From: Amoebophrya sp. A120
Lineage: Eukaryota; Protista; Dinoflagellata
Assembly: GCA_905178155.1 (NCBI GenBank)
Contig: CAJINV010000002.1
Location: forward strand, 11,200,634-11,264,633
Direction of reading: 5' to 3'
Length of the DNA stretch: 64,000 bases
In this document: piece after piece, positions 1 to 13,337 of the stretch
Layout: each line of letters opens with the position of its first letter
How positions within the stretch are numbered: position 1 is the first letter of the stretch
The notes under the pieces: generated by a model
Seen by the model: the letters and a program-made list of their open reading frames with translations, nothing else
Database searches by the model: none
What the model was told of the DNA's origin: nothing
Program-made: the position numbers and the translations under genes

Positions 1-369
1 TTGCGGTATGCATTCTGAATGGTTCGTCTCAGTCCTCGTTGGTGTTGGCCGAGCAGCTCCAGGTCGTGTTGCTCAATATACGTTTGCCTCTTGCCGACAC
101 CGAGCTGTGCCTTTTGTGCTTGAATTGTTCTACTTCATTTAAAAGCGCCAACGGTCAGCATTGCATTGCTCGAGTTCTTTTAATTCGCTTCTCCTTCTAA
201 GTACGGTTGTTCTACCTAGTAGCAGCAGCAGGTGTAGGAGTAGGTCAGCTTCACGACCAAGAGCACAGATCTTTCACCAGGAACTCGTTGTTCTGCTTCT
301 GTTACTCTCAATCTCTTTGTCTCAGTAGTTCCCTCGTGTGCTCGACACAACTCAAGCAACGACCAGAAG

Positions 370-3300
370 ATGGCTCCCGCTGTTTCCACCATGCTGTCCC
401 GCAGTAAGCGAGGCTTGTTTTCTGCAGCGTTGCTCGCCGGAGCGACCACAGCTGCTCCGGTCAAGAAAATGACGGCGGTGATCAAAATTCTGGAGGACAT
501 GCGGGACGAGATCGAACACGACCAAGCCGAGGACGAAAAATCGTATAGAATTTATTGTCCTCGTGGTCCCGTCGGTCATGTGCGGAGCTCCTTCCTGGTG
601 CAAAAACAAAAAGTTCAAGTTGTACAAAACTCTGAAGCCGAATTCGATTGATTTTGTTGCTGACACGCAGCAAATACATAGTTGAATAATTATGGCTTCT
701 CGAGCGCCACATGAAACAAACGACCTAGGTACGCCAAGATGGAGTGTTGGTGCAAGAAGAACGACATGACCTTGTCGGAAGCCCAGGCCGCGGCGCAGGC
801 GGAGTTGGAGCGGTTGCGCGCGAGCGTGACGGCCAACACGGCCGAGGCCGCGGCGCTGGCGACCGAGTTGGAGGGAATGGAAAAGGAGCTGAAGCAGGCG
901 CGCGAGTCGCTGGACGAGCTGATCACGATGAACACGAAGCAGGTCGAGGAATATCCAGGAAAAAACACCCATCCACATCCAATTTGTGACGCAAAACACA
1001 TATCGATATCAAATCACTTCGTGTGTTTGTAATGCAAAAAATGGATGTGGATTGGTTTTTTTCTGTGCATAAGGAAGATGGGAAGACCGTAGCCGAGTAC
1101 ACGGAGTCCATTACCGCCCTCGCCAACGCCCTCACCGTTATCCACAGTAAATTGCCCGTACACGTACCAATGCAGTCCCAGTCTCTGCATGACAAAACTT
1201 GCCTTCAATCCTAGTCTAGCATGACAAGTTGGACACTGCAAGTTAGCGAAATTTGTCATGCATTTTGTACATGTGCGGGAAATTTACATTGCATATCCGT
1301 TCTGAACAAGCACCAGCCGGGGCTGACGCAGAAAAAGGTGGTCTTGGAGCTGCGCAAGCACGTGTCGGCGCACAGCGACATGCTGGACGCGCTGCTCGAG
1401 CCCAGCCAGCGCCGGGAGCTGAACGCCTTCCTGCAACAGGACACCCGGCAGAACCAGAAGCAGAACCCGACCAGCCCGGCCTACTCCAGCCAGTCCGGGC
1501 AGATTTTCGGGATCCTCGCCCAGATGAAGGAGGAATTCGAGTCTGATTTGGCCACCCTGAAGGAGAAGGTGGCCTCAGACAAGGTCACCTACAACAAGCT
1601 GAAAAAATCCAAGGAGGAGGGCATCGCCGACCTGGAGAAGGGCATCACCTCGAAAACCAGCCGCAAGGCGGACGCCAAGCAGGAGGCGGCCGACGCCAAG
1701 CAGCAGATCGCGGACATCGAAAAGACGATGGCAGCCGATCTGGAATTTCTCGCGGAGGTGAAAAAAGTGTGTCCGAAATCCTCCGAAGAGTTTGCGAAGC
1801 GCACGGAGGACCGACACATGGAGTCGCAGGCTATCGACAAGGCGGTCGAGATTCTGGGCAGCGACGAGAACCGCGACTTGTTCGACAAAACCGTGGAAAA
1901 GGCGCCGGCGCTCGCCTTTCTGCAGACGGGCATGATGAAAAATTCCAAGGAGGTGGCGAGCAAAGTGGTGCAGAATCTGGTATTTCCATGTATGAACAAA
2001 CACATAGACGTGGATTTGAGATTCTTCCAAATTTCTTACGCTGAACAATGAAATACAAATACGAATAAATTGAAATAGAAATAAACGCAAACTTCATTCG
2101 CTCACGACTCCAACAAAAACGGATTCATTCGTACAATAAAAAGTTTTTTTTTGCAAAAAAAAATCTGAACAAGCACAGGCCCGGCTTCCTGGCGCGTCGG
2201 TGAGCAAGACGGCTCTTAACTTGTTGTCGCAGCAGATCAAGCTGGCACCGTTCACCCGGGTTGTGGAAGCGATCAAAACGATGATTTCTGAGATCAAGGA
2301 GAAGAAGGAAGTGGAGACGGAGCAGAAGGTATGAAAGCCTCAGGTTGGAACTCCTCAAAGTGGAAATGATTTGTAATGCAAAAAAACGACTCTAGTTGAA
2401 GCGCCATTTGTAGTCGGCGCATGACAAATTTCCCGGGCACTCAAAACGTGTCTGTAATGCTACTTAGGCAAAGGGGTGCCCTTCTGTCGTGGTAATCAGC
2501 AGTCCAATTCTTCACCCCTAGCAGGACAATAGTCGGCCTCCATTGTGTCCTCTGCAATACAGTCTTTTTTGCCTTGCATTTCATGCATCACAAATTATTT
2601 CCACTTTGAAGATTTCCATTCTGAGGCTTTCATAGAAGGACGAGTGCGTGTCCAAGATGAACGAGAATGAAATATCCTGAGTAAAAACGTACCCACACCA
2701 GAGTCAGGATGGGGATTTTGCAACACAAACCTAGGAGTTTTGTGAGTCACGCTTGACAAGTTGCACTATGCAGTGTAGTGCAGGTTAGCAAGTGCAGCCG
2801 CATCACAAATTTATCTGCTCATCCTGTTCACAGCATCACAAATTCCAAAACACGACTGGAAATGGCTCTCATGGGGATGCGCATTACAAGTCGCCCTGTC
2901 TTTGCAAATCTGCATTACAACTCTGGCGTGGGTACGTTTTTACTCAGGATATGAAAAGGAGACGGCCGCGGCGGAAAACGAGCTGTCCAAGTTCCGCGGG
3001 CAGCTGGAGAAGGCGGAAGCGGACCTGGCCGCAAAGATGGACTCGCTGACGAAGACGGAAACCGCGATCAAGGAGGCAGAAGAATCCTTGGGGAAGTTGG
3101 AGGAGGACCGAAAAGAGGAATTCGCCATGTTCCAACAAAACCTCGCCGATCAGTCCACCGCGGTGGAGTTGCTCGGGAAAGCGATCGCGCAGCTGACCAT
3201 GGTCTACGAAAACCTGGCGAAGCCGACGTTCCTGCAAACGGGCTTGGTGGTTAAAAAGCAAGCGCCCGCTGCGGAGGCCGGCCCAAGCGCGGGTCTCACT

Positions 3301-4387
3301 CACACAGACGCGCCGGAAATGGGTACCTACAAGAAGAACAACGCAGGAACGGGTACAGATTTTTTCACCTTGTTGGACGTAGTTCTTTATTATCTGCGCA
3401 CTTTCATTAGTTTTTGTTTTAGTTTGTGTTTGAAGATCGATGCTGTGTTGTGACCACCATCTCCATCATCCTTTTTTTTATGCTTGTCCTTGTGCTAGGA
3501 CGCAGGAACAGGATTGAAGTGAGATTTCTGCCCGGCTGAAGGTGACCACGAGTTTCGTTGCTTTATTCAACTGAGGTGTCGTCGCGATGCTGCAGGGCAT
3601 TCAGGACGAGGCACGCAAGACGATCAAGGAGATGCGGCTCCAGCAGGAGCAGGACCAGGCGGATATGCACTGCAAAAGCATCGTACCCGTATAAATTGCA
3701 GGTATGCATGACAAATGTGATTTCCTACCCAAATCTGCATTACAAATTCCAATTTTCTTCCTGATGAAATTTGTCATGCGATTTATACTAGTACGTGTAC
3801 GATACTTTTGCAATGCATAGCGGATTTCCAGAAGCAACGCGACCTGCTTGTCGAGGTGAAGCAGTCCTCGGAACTGCAGCTCTCAACCTTGAAGTTCGAG
3901 AAGGCCTATCACAGGAAAAAGTGCAGCTATCTGTTTTGAAAACGGAACGGGAACTTGTGATGCGAGAACTACGCATTCCACCTCAAAGTACACACACTTA
4001 CTCTCACACTCAATAAAATTCGTGTTGCTGATGTTGCAGATATATGTTGCATGATAGGCAAAACGTAAACGCATGATGCCTGACTGCAATTCGTGAAGGA
4101 AAACGACGTCGACCATAGGCACTTTTTTGGGTGATGAGTCCGACCTGGACAAGACGATCTCGCAGAAAAACCGGGACATCAATGACAAAGTGAGCGAAAT
4201 CGCAGGGCTGGTGGAAACCATGAAGTCCTTTAAGGAGGAGTGCGACTTTTTGCTGAAGCACTTCGACGTGCGCCAGGAAGCTATGACCACGGAGGTCGAG
4301 GCGCTGAACCAGGCCATTGCCATCCTGAAGGGTTCCGACGCCGGCGGTGAACTGCAAACCATCTACGCAAACCCGACCTCGTTGTGA
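370..4387 (+). CDS. Multi-exon secreted coiled-coil protein with repeated FLQ motifs (dinoflagellate-type family), about 10 exons
   Basis: The N-terminus is signal-like (LFSAALLAGATTAAP). Exons join in frame into a coherent coiled-coil protein: DEKS|YAKMECWCKKN, ALTV|LNKHQ, EQK|DECVSKMNENE|KETA, KKNNAGT|GVVAMLQ, QDQAD|FQKQ, ending ECDFLLKHFDVRQEAMTTEVEALNQAIAIL. Approximate introns: 543-728, 952-1076, 1140-1301, 1980-2178, 2329-2638, 2673-2956, 3353-3575, 3665-3825, and about 3907-4120 (junction unresolved). Confidence 0.8.
947..1076 (+). mobile_element. Introner-like intron (TAT...ATA core 952-1071, direct repeat AGGAA)
   Basis: AGGAA lies at 947-951 and 1072-1076. The internal inverted repeat is aaaaacacccatccacatcc / ggatgtggattggttttttt. 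Removing 125 nt gives in-frame KQVEE|DGKTV, and one register reads GA-AG. Confidence 0.7.
1135..1301 (+). mobile_element. Introner-like non-canonical intron (direct repeat CCGTT)
   Basis: CCGTT lies at 1135-1139 and 1297-1301. A ~28-bp inverted repeat is present (gtaaattgcccgtacacgtaccaatgca vs tgcattttgtacatgtgcgggaaatttac). Removing 162 nt restores ALTVLNKHQ. No register gives GT-AG. Confidence 0.8.
2324..2639 (+). mobile_element. Introner-like intron with ~51-bp terminal inverted repeats, direct repeat AGAAGG, canonical GT-AG (2329-2638)
   Basis: tatgaaagcctcag...tcaaagtggaaatgatttgtaatgca (2330-2380) pairs with 2584-2634. AGAAGG lies at 2324-2329 and 2634-2639. Confidence 0.9.
2667..2956 (+). 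mobile_element. Introner-like non-canonical intron with 33-bp near-perfect terminal inverted repeats, direct repeat ATGAAA
   Basis: atatcctgagtaaaaacgtacccacaccagagt pairs with actctggcgtgggtacgtttttactcaggatat (1 mismatch). ATGAAA lies at 2667-2672 and 2951-2956. Removing 284 nt gives NENE|KETAAAE. Confidence 0.9.
3659..3825 (+). mobile_element. Introner-like non-canonical intron, direct repeat GCGGAT
   Basis: The inverted repeat is tatgcactgcaaaagcatcgtac / gtacgatacttttgcaatgcata. GCGGAT lies at 3659-3664 and 3820-3825. Removing 161 nt gives QDQAD|FQKQRD. Confidence 0.85.
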
Positions 4388-5081
4388 AAATATTTGAACC
4401 TGCTGAGTTTCCCTTTCCTGCTCTGTGCTTCCGCTGCCGCTCCTGAAGATGTTTTAGCTGCAAAGGGAAGATCATTCCATGTAAAATGAAAATTGATTTG
4501 GATGTTTCGTGCTGGTGTGAATATTGCTTTTTTTTCTTTTCCCTGGAGCTGCTTCTGCTTCGCTTCAATTAGCGACGGATGATGCGCCGCAATAAGACGG
4601 AGATGATGATCGTGATGCCTCAAGTTGATCCTGATGGCGAAAGGCGATTTCGTATTTTCCAAAGAGCACAACTCCAAAAACAGAACAACTCCGGAAGCAT
4701 GGCACTCGAAAAAAAAAATCGGTGTGTGTTTTGTGACATCACATATAATAAGTATGAGGGTGGCAGCTACTTGCTCATGTTGTTCATCGCCTTTTGAGGC
4801 GTTTTTGCCGATGTCGTTCTATCCTCAGATGTTGTACATGTACGCCTGGACACACAAACATAATTCCTTCTGGTTTTATGACGTAGGAGTCGGATGACCA
4901 GGCACTGCCGCGCAAGACACATTTGCAACCAAGGAGAATCAAAATAGAGATCAAGATCCACCTTCCACAAGCGCAAAATGCTGAGGAATTAGTTCCCTGC
5001 GTTCCCGTTCGTCACTTAGCTCGCAGCTCATACCCCTGCTAATAGAATAAGAACGTCCGCGTCTCAGTTCCAGAGACAGTC

Positions 5082-6300
5082 GTGGTCGCCGACCTGTACG
5101 TAGTGCTGGTAGCTTGCATTTGTAAAAAAACCATACGCGGCGCTTTCTCGCGCAGCACCCAGGACGAGCTTGATTTTCAATCATATCCCGAAAGTGAACT
5201 ACCAATGGGTCGCGCGCCAGAAAACTTTGGGCCTGCCGTAGAAGTTGCGCCGGTCGTTGTATTAAAGATGAAGAATTTTCTGTCGCCGGTACGCGTCGAA
5301 GATTCGGACAGTGATTTTTCCAGCCCGGGCGGCTGCGCCAGCAGCCGACGCGTGGGAGGAGCAAGTTCTTCCGGCACGGAGGAGGCTGGTCTGGGAAGCG
5401 GGAATCATCTTCGCGAGGGCGGCAGTAGTTCAGCCGGTGCAGCTGCGGTCTTCGGATTCTCGTCGTCTGCCGGGACCAAACCTTTCGCGCGTCGAGGCAG
5501 TACAAAGATGATGAAGAAAGATAGTTGTCTCCCTGTATCGGATTATTTTGGTTATTGAGTAGTACTATCGAAATTCATTCTGTGCCCGTCTGTTTTTCCG
5601 CAGGAGGAGAGTATTGTGCAGCAAGTCAAATTCCCGCACCTGCTCCCTTCTGTTGGTCCTCAGGGAAAATCATGAGAAATTCATTTATTCTTGACGCATC
5701 GGCCTCACCCTCAGGCTCAACGTTCCGTACACGAAGACACCAAATGATGTATGTACATCGATTCCAAAACTCAAAAACCTACCAGATGGTCTTCTCCTGA
5801 CCCACGGACCTGGACCGTTGTACACGGCCAAAGGGCGGATGCGGAATTATCTGCCCTTGTTGCAGGAAGAGCACCCGAGCGACCAGCAGGACCAGCGTGC
5901 CGCGACTCTGGAAGTGGTACAGCCGACTGCTGGTGGTGGTGGGGATCATCGCGTAGTAACTCCATTTCCACCGCAGCTGGCGCGCGATGACACGGGGACT
6001 TCAGCAACTGGTCGTAAGGACAGCCTGGCAGGTTCAGGCTCCGAGGACGCAGGTCCCATCAAGTCAAAAGAGAAACGGGATGTTGAGCAGCCCGCAAACC
6101 AGACGCACGAAGCCAACTGCGCGCGAAGTAGACGGGAAGATGTTGTTGAGGTCGCAAGCGATAGCGGAATAAGAGTCATGACGGGGACGCCGCACGAAGT
6201 AGACAGCTGCGCTTTTCCGATCGTGACAAATGAAACTGTTACCAAGATGAACAATCGGAATGCCACTCTAGCTTCGACAAGAAGATCACCATCGTTGTAG
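5082..6300 (+). CDS. Possible low-complexity hypothetical protein (fragments)
   Basis: Two ~160-aa Ser/Gly/Ala-rich ORFs (5082-5558 and 5818-6300). No recognisable motif, and strand and exon structure are uncertain. Confidence 0.2.
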
Positions 6301-8930
6301 CAGCTTCTACAACCTGTGGAAGGTCCTGCTTCGTGCCGAACAGGTTTTGTACGACCGAAGGGCGTCGTTCCATCGACTCGACCGTTGGATTAGAAGTGCA
6401 ACTGCTATCAGCAGTTCATAATCTTTGTTTATTTAGTTTTGGATTTACTCCAACTTCATGATTTTTCTGCCTTTTTTTTTGGGGGGTGAAGATGTAGATA
6501 TTCTAGCAAGCTTTTCCTAGGCGCAGAACGTTTTAGGGTTTTGGCAAGGTCACAGAAAGGAGTCCTTAGATGTTTGCCACGTCCAATCGGGAATCAAGGA
6601 GATGCCTGAGGACATTGTGGTTATTCTTATTTACAACTCGAGAACAAATCGTAAGTCAAATTACGAGCATGGCGATGAATGCTTTATTCGCTTTTTATTT
6701 TTTCTATTCCAGGCCTGTGTGTGCCTTCGCCTTCCTAACACATGAAATTATTGTTATGCCGCACCAAATCCAAACCGTACACTTCCTTTGCCATCACACT
6801 AATTCATCTCTTCGTGGCACGGCTCGATCCGCTCGTCGTTTCATCGCTAGACCTCTACTGTGGTTTTTGTATGCATATCTTGAAACCAAAGCGGGGCGTT
6901 CCGGTGCCGGATAGGAGATGATATTGATATTACATCAATGAAAATGTTGAACTAGTGCCTGTGCCCTACCGCACATGTTGCACTCCCTCCTCACATGGTA
7001 GACTACCGTTTCTTTGACTCTAACCAGTACTTTTCTTCATCATCCAAGTGGAATTATCCTGCTCACCCTCACAGGATATTGAAGACAGAGGCTCGAAAAT
7101 AAAAAGACTATTATTTGACGAGGTTATGATTATCTGGAAATTAGTTTTGGCCGCGAAGATGTAGTATCAGGAACAAATGTAATTTGCGTATTAAAGGTCG
7201 ATAATATTTCAGAGACCTGACGAAGCACTGATGAGCAGCACACCGCGTACCAAGTTCTGGAGGAGCAATTGCGACAGGATGATATGAGGAGGCAGCTATT
7301 TTCATTCTTCAAAGGGAGTCTGCTGGTGGCCGGTTCTTAGGGACGCCGTAAGTCCTGGGGCAGAACTCCGTTTTTTTAATTCTCTTCAGCTCAACATGAT
7401 TCGACGTTGCAACCTCTTGCTTTGGAAGGCGGTTCTGTCGTGTGGTAATTACGCGAAAAAATAAAAGATTATAATGATGCTGTCTTTCGCATCAAAAACT
7501 GTTTTGGTTCTCCTCGATGTTCATCTCGAAAAAGAAGCAAGTTTTATTTGAACGAAAAAGTAGATAAAAGATAAAGAGGACCTGCTGGCGCATTTCTCGA
7601 GCCTGTAGTTGTTTGTGGAGACAGCTACCAGCGCAAATGCATGTGCAAGCGGGTGTAACCTGAGGTAAATAAAAATAGTAATTTAGACTGCTTTAACTTT
7701 ATCGTTGACTACGAACAATTCGAGCAGGACCTTTGACATTTCTATCCCAAAGAGAAAGAACGAAGTGAATGACTCGTGACAATAACTTCAAAGGTGCCTA
7801 TTAGTGGCGAAAAACTATCATAGTAAAGCGAGTTGTTCGCGGTACTCATACTCGTACAGCTTGGCCTTAAGCCGACCTTCGGTTTTTTTTGTTACTTTGT
7901 CAGCGCTGCGTGTCCGAGGGACAAGTACAAGAAGACGCCGTCCGAGTGGAAGCAAGGCGGATGAATTTGATTTTTGGAGCTCCTGAGGAAAAAAAGTTGA
8001 AGAATAGGATGCGCTCTGCTGCCCACGCAAGATAAAGATTCTGATTCATCTTACACGAAGAATCGACGACAGGGTTCGTTTTTTGAGAACGACAATGAAA
8101 ATGAATCTCGGCATCAGGCCGCACTGTTCGTGTTCCTCACTGATTCCTTTCATTTCAGGCCACAAAATGTGCTGCCTTTTCTTGTGTCAATCAGAGCCGG
8201 CAGATATTCGCCCCAGCATTTGTTGCTGACATTGTAATATCTGTATGCCTGCTACTTCCGCTGTACCCGTTAATTATTCCGTCAGTTTATTCTATTCCCG
8301 GTTTTTCTTCGCGAGCGCCGAAGTTTCGGCATACTCGATCCTGGAAAGGTAGTACGTGACGATATTACATACCATGTGTACCTCTCCCCAAGGCCAAGGA
8401 GAAGTGGAATGTATTCCGATGCTTTTGCTAAGATGTAGAATAGTATCCTAGAATCATGTGAAAGTTGCCAAGACCAGAATAGAATATCTTTTCGTTTATT
8501 TTTTGTTCGATTACAACCGGTCGCACAGAAAGACAAACAAGACGACCGCAACCCAGAAAAAAAAACCATCTAATTCCAAGAAAAGAGATGCCGGCAACGG
8601 GCCGCAAGATGAAGATCCCTCGCCCTCTCTACAGCCACCTTCGCGCGACGCTGGTCATTGCAGCCGGGGGCTCTGTTTTTGTTGAGGGTGTTGCGGCAGA
8701 GCAGCCCAACATTTTCTCCGCGGTAAGGGAAAAATAAGTAGTACATGTTTCGGGTTGGTTCGTGGTCTGGGATAAGAATATTTTCTGCCTTCATAAAGAT
8801 GGTCTGAATTTGCTTTGGTCTACGTACTGTAGTTGCGCTCTCTTCATCAACATAAACCAGTACACGAAAACGATTTATGAATCGTGATTGTCTCTGGCAC
8901 TACAACTAAGCCTACTTTTCCACATCACAG

Positions 8931-11900
8931 CTTTTCGGAGGCAGTTCCGCTGTGGCGGCTTCGAAGCCGCCTGCCGCTCAGGCGCCTGCTGTTGCCCCAT
9001 CGGAAAAACTGGCGAGTGTGGACGTGGGCGAAAAACAAGAAGCGAAACACGACGACGTGGCGAAAGCGGCCGCTGCTGCAGTCCGCCCCGCTCCCGCACC
9101 CTTCGATGATGCGAAAAACAAGATTGCTAAGGCAGCTCCGGCCGCCGCGCAGGATGAGCAAAGTGTTGCCGCAATGAAAAAGAAAATGACTTCTTCTACC
9201 ACCGCCGATGGTCAGGATATCAAGCCTCTAACAACCGCGAGTGGTCCTGCAGCGGTGGTGGATGCGCCAGTTGTGCGAGCAGCGGGAGCGGCGGTGACAG
9301 AACACAGAGCTGAAGGGTCATCAGGTTCGGCAGAAATTTTAGATGCGGCGAGTTCATCATCGACCAAAGCTGCCACCGCCGAAAACAAGACCGTAAGGTC
9401 GAGTGCGAAAGCCGCCACCGCTGCGGCGTCTTCGACGCTTGACCCGCAGCAAATTTTGAAGACCGCTAACGAGGACCTGGAAAAGGCCAAAAAGGAACTC
9501 GATTCCGTGGAAAAGCAGATCACAGCAGCGGTCCCGACCGAAAGGCAAGCGCTGCAGCAGGCCAAGCAAGCGGAAAAAACTGCGCTGCAGAGCATCCACT
9601 CTGAGCTGAAGAACGCAAAGCAGCAAGCACAGGCGATGAAGAAAAATGCGGTGAAAGTGGCCGAGAGGGTCGAGAAGGAGGCCGCCAAGGAGATTGCGGC
9701 CGAGCGTAAGGTGTTGGAGCGTGAGGTACTCGGGAAGAATAAAACGAATCTGTCCATGCCGCCGATCGGTATGATGCCGGCCTTGCAAGTGGGGATGGAG
9801 AAAGCGGAGAGCGAAGGCAAATTGGGCTCCGGGGCGGGGGTATCAAAGGGACTAGAAACTACCGGGCGCGTCGGCAAAGGTAAAGGTTCTTCATCGGCGT
9901 TGTCAGCTGTTGCTAAAACGGAAAATAACAAGGCGAGCCTTGAGCTGTTGGAGAAGAAAGGCATGAACGACGCGGCATCAAAAGCAAAGGAGGGAGAGGA
10001 GAGCGCTTCTGTCTTTTCCCACATTCCCGACTTCGTGAAGCATTTCATCCCCCAAAACGTGCTCGCAAAAATGCAAGCGAAAGAGCAGGAACAGCTGCGG
10101 GCGGTACGGAATCCTGTTGGCGTGGAAAAGCAAAAGGAAAAGACGGAGGGTGAACAAAAGCAAAAGGAGAAGACGAAGAGCGAGTCAGAGCATAAATCGG
10201 CAGCAGCAGGAGGAAGTGGAGCAGTTCTTGTTGCACAACGCCAACAGAGAAGCGACACTGCCAGGTCCTCGGAAAAAGCTGACAGCAAGGCGACGGCGTC
10301 CGCGGGTGCCAAAAACCTGCTGAAGCTTGGAACTACATCCAAACAGGAGCAGAGCCACGTGGACGAGGACGAGGTGGTGCATAAGACAAGCACAGGAACG
10401 ACCAATGGTGTGGTCTCCCTGGAGAGTACGACGCAGACGGCAGCCGCAAAGGAACTCGATTTGTCTGAAGTTCTGTCCTCCACAAATACGGCTCCGAAGC
10501 TGCCAGAAACCGCGGAGCGCTGGGCGGAGGGCACGCAGGAGGTGATGGAGCGGCGCCTTGAGAGCACGCGCGACCGCACTGAACGGCAAGCGGAGCATCT
10601 GGAACGGACGGCGGAAGAAAAGGCGGAGCGAAGCGCCGAATCCGTTGAAGACAAGGCGGAGAAAGTCGAGCAGGATATCGAAGAATCCACGGAAATGAAG
10701 TTGGACGCGCTGGAAAAGACGAAGCAGAAGCTGCAGGAGCAAATCGAGCAACTGCAAAAGAAGATTGCCTCTGTTGGGACCACAAAACCGGACGATTTTT
10801 CATCTGGTACGAAAAGAACAAAGGCTGCGGTAGTTCCCGCAGCAGAAGAGGAGATGGCATCAAAGCTGATGCTTTTGGCTACAGTGGCAGCGGCACCTCC
10901 ACCTGCACAGTCTCCCGCTTTGACTTCTGCTTCTACTGAAATCGCAGTGGAAGAGCATCAGCGTGGACGCCGGGAAAAAGACGATCAAGCTGCAGCAAAC
11001 AAGGAAAAGGTCGCATTGGCGAAGCGCGTCGCGACAAAGGTAGTGAAACAAGCCAAAAACACGGTCGGGGACAGCGTGACCAACGTGCTGAACTCCGAGG
11101 CCAGTATGCCCGCTTTCGTGTCCGGCAAACTCGCCTCCGTCGTGCCCGGGATGGGTAAGCTGAAGACCGAGCCCGCGGGCATGCCGGCCCTGGTTGCCGA
11201 CGTGCTGGACAAAGTCGGACTTTCGCCGGCGGAGAAGATGGTCTCCGGTGGCGTGCTGGGGCGCAACGGGAAATCGGGGTTCGTGCCGGGCAACCCGAAA
11301 CCCCTGGACGGGTCGATTGACAGCGAGAACGCGAAAAACGCGTTTTTCACGGTTCCCGACCCGAACGGCGGAAAACTAGCGCAACATTTGCATTTGGCAC
11401 AAGCTCCGCCGACGCTGCCCGCGCCAGCCACCGTTACTTCTATTCCCACGCCGGCGGTGCAGGTGGACAATGACGAAAAGGAACAAAAGGAGAACCAGAA
11501 AATTGCGGAGAAGGTGAATTCCGATTAAAATTTTCACTCCAATTTTGCATTTTATTCACTTTCCGTGATTATTGTAGTGTCCCCCTCCTCGTCCCGCATC
11601 ATCTTGTGAAAAGCATGTTGATGTTCCTTGTGATGATGGCGTATACAACTACATATGCGTACGACTACAACCTTGCTGCAGAATGACGGCGCTGTTGTAC
11701 CTTTATTTCAGCGGAGTTGGAGGTGAAAGCGCTGTTTCGAGTTCATCGCTCAACCCCCGCCACGCACTTGAATTCGTATTAACGCAAACTAAATCTAAAT
11801 CACTTACATCTGAAGGTGAAGGACACTGCGGACAAGATTTTGCAAGGGCTGGGCTTAGGCCCTGTGATCGACGCTGGCGAGAAGGCCGTGAAAAAGCTTT

Positions 11901-13337
11901 CCAAAGGCGAAGAAGCTACCAACAGCATCGAAAAGCAGGCGAACAAGGTCAAGGCAGAGGCTCGGGAACAGAACGCGAAGGCTGCGGCTCTGGAACAACA
12001 AATCGCGGAGCTGCAGAAGCAGCAGTCTGCTGGGGCGGCGCCTGCCGGCGGCGGTGGACCGGCGAGCACAATTGCACTCGTGGCCGTTCCAGAGTTGGCC
12101 AATCAGAATCTGGCTGGCGAAAAAAAAACGACACCTGCAGCACAAGCCGAGCAGGGGGCGCAGAAGGTGTCTTGTCTTTGGATTTTTAGGTGGCTGGGCT
12201 CGTCATCTGCAATTTGGAAGGCACTTCAACTTCTTGTGTCACCAGTGCTTCCTTTGAGTTTGTTGTCAACGTAGAATCAGAATCATCGCAATTTCTCCTT
12301 ATAATTTTGCTTCGACGACTACAGCTGCAGCAGCAAACGTTAGATCAAGTAACCGGCGTTCTGTCCACTGCGACCTCCATCCCGAGCCAAATTTTCAACA
12401 AGGGTGTCAGTTCTGGCCTTCCTGGCGTGATTACAGCGGGCGCCGATGCGATCACGAAGGCGCAGACACAGCAAAAAGGATTCGAAAAGGACCACCTTGC
12501 CCACGCACAGGACCTACTCGCGAAAGCAAAGGCCCGCGTCGCAGCTGCGGAGGAGAAGCTCAAAGCACTGGTACAACCATACGATTTTGTATGAAACAAA
12601 GAGATGCAACATCATGAGAAGCAAAAACGATCCTGATCTTCCTCCTACTTCGCTGTGCACATAATCATAAATATTCTGCTATGCGCTCCACCTGAAGAGG
12701 TTGATGAAGAATCAGAGCGAGAATCATCTTCTATCGTGGGTAGAAGTTTTTTGCGACTAAGCTGCTGTCCTGGTGCTAATGAAGATGAACCGGTAAGCAC
12801 TACACTTCTCATTCGCAATCAAAACGCTATCAGGAGCAGGGACAGGGGGCGAGCCCGGCTGCGGTGCCGGCTGCGGGTGCGACGGCAAGCAGCAGCACTT
12901 CGGGCTCTAGCGGAGGTCTTTTTGGCGGAATTTTCGGCGGAGGTGGCGGACCACGTAGCAACCTCCAGCAACAGCCCGCTGCGACCACCTCGTCTGCCGG
13001 CGCCGGTGGTACTGCGAAACCCGCTGCTCCCGGAGCTAGTGGAGCAGCCGCCGTGCAACTCTTCGAATTGAACGGTTTCATTCCGCCCCAAGTAACCAGC
13101 TTCGTGCCGCAGGGAATTTTGGAAAGAGTGGACGGGCGAGAAGGCGATGGCGTCGGGGGGATTCGCTCCTCTGCGCACACTGCGGCAGTTGCCCTTGTGT
13201 CGATGTTGTTTTCTTTCTTTTTGGTCACGGCGTTTCTTTCCTTGCGTGCTGGCATGAGAAATCAGGCGGACGAAGGTCACTTCCTCGACGATGCTGATGG
13301 CGCCGCGAAAGAAGATCACTTCTACCAGGCGTTTTGA
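8931..13337 (+). CDS. Large Ala/Lys/Glu-rich low-complexity coiled-coil protein with C-terminal transmembrane anchor; 5' exons lie upstream and are unresolved
   Basis: An 858-aa open exon (8952-11528) follows an acceptor at ...catcacag (8930). A GT-AG intron at 11514-11815 is flanked by the direct repeat GAAGGTGAA. Further exons lie near 11816-12167, 12325-12570 and 12830-13337. The tail is hydrophobic (AAVALVSMLFSFFLVTAFLSL). Confidence 0.7.

Noticed and set aside
3900-4125. A further TAT...ATA introner in gene 1
   Set aside because: There are two candidate right ends (tgataggc near 4052 and ccataggc near 4113), and neither restores the frame cleanly through an exact direct repeat. Left unresolved.
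9212-10783. 523-aa minus-strand ORF (similarly 51640-52467 on the plus strand)
   Set aside because: These are antisense shadows of low-complexity coding exons on the opposite strand.
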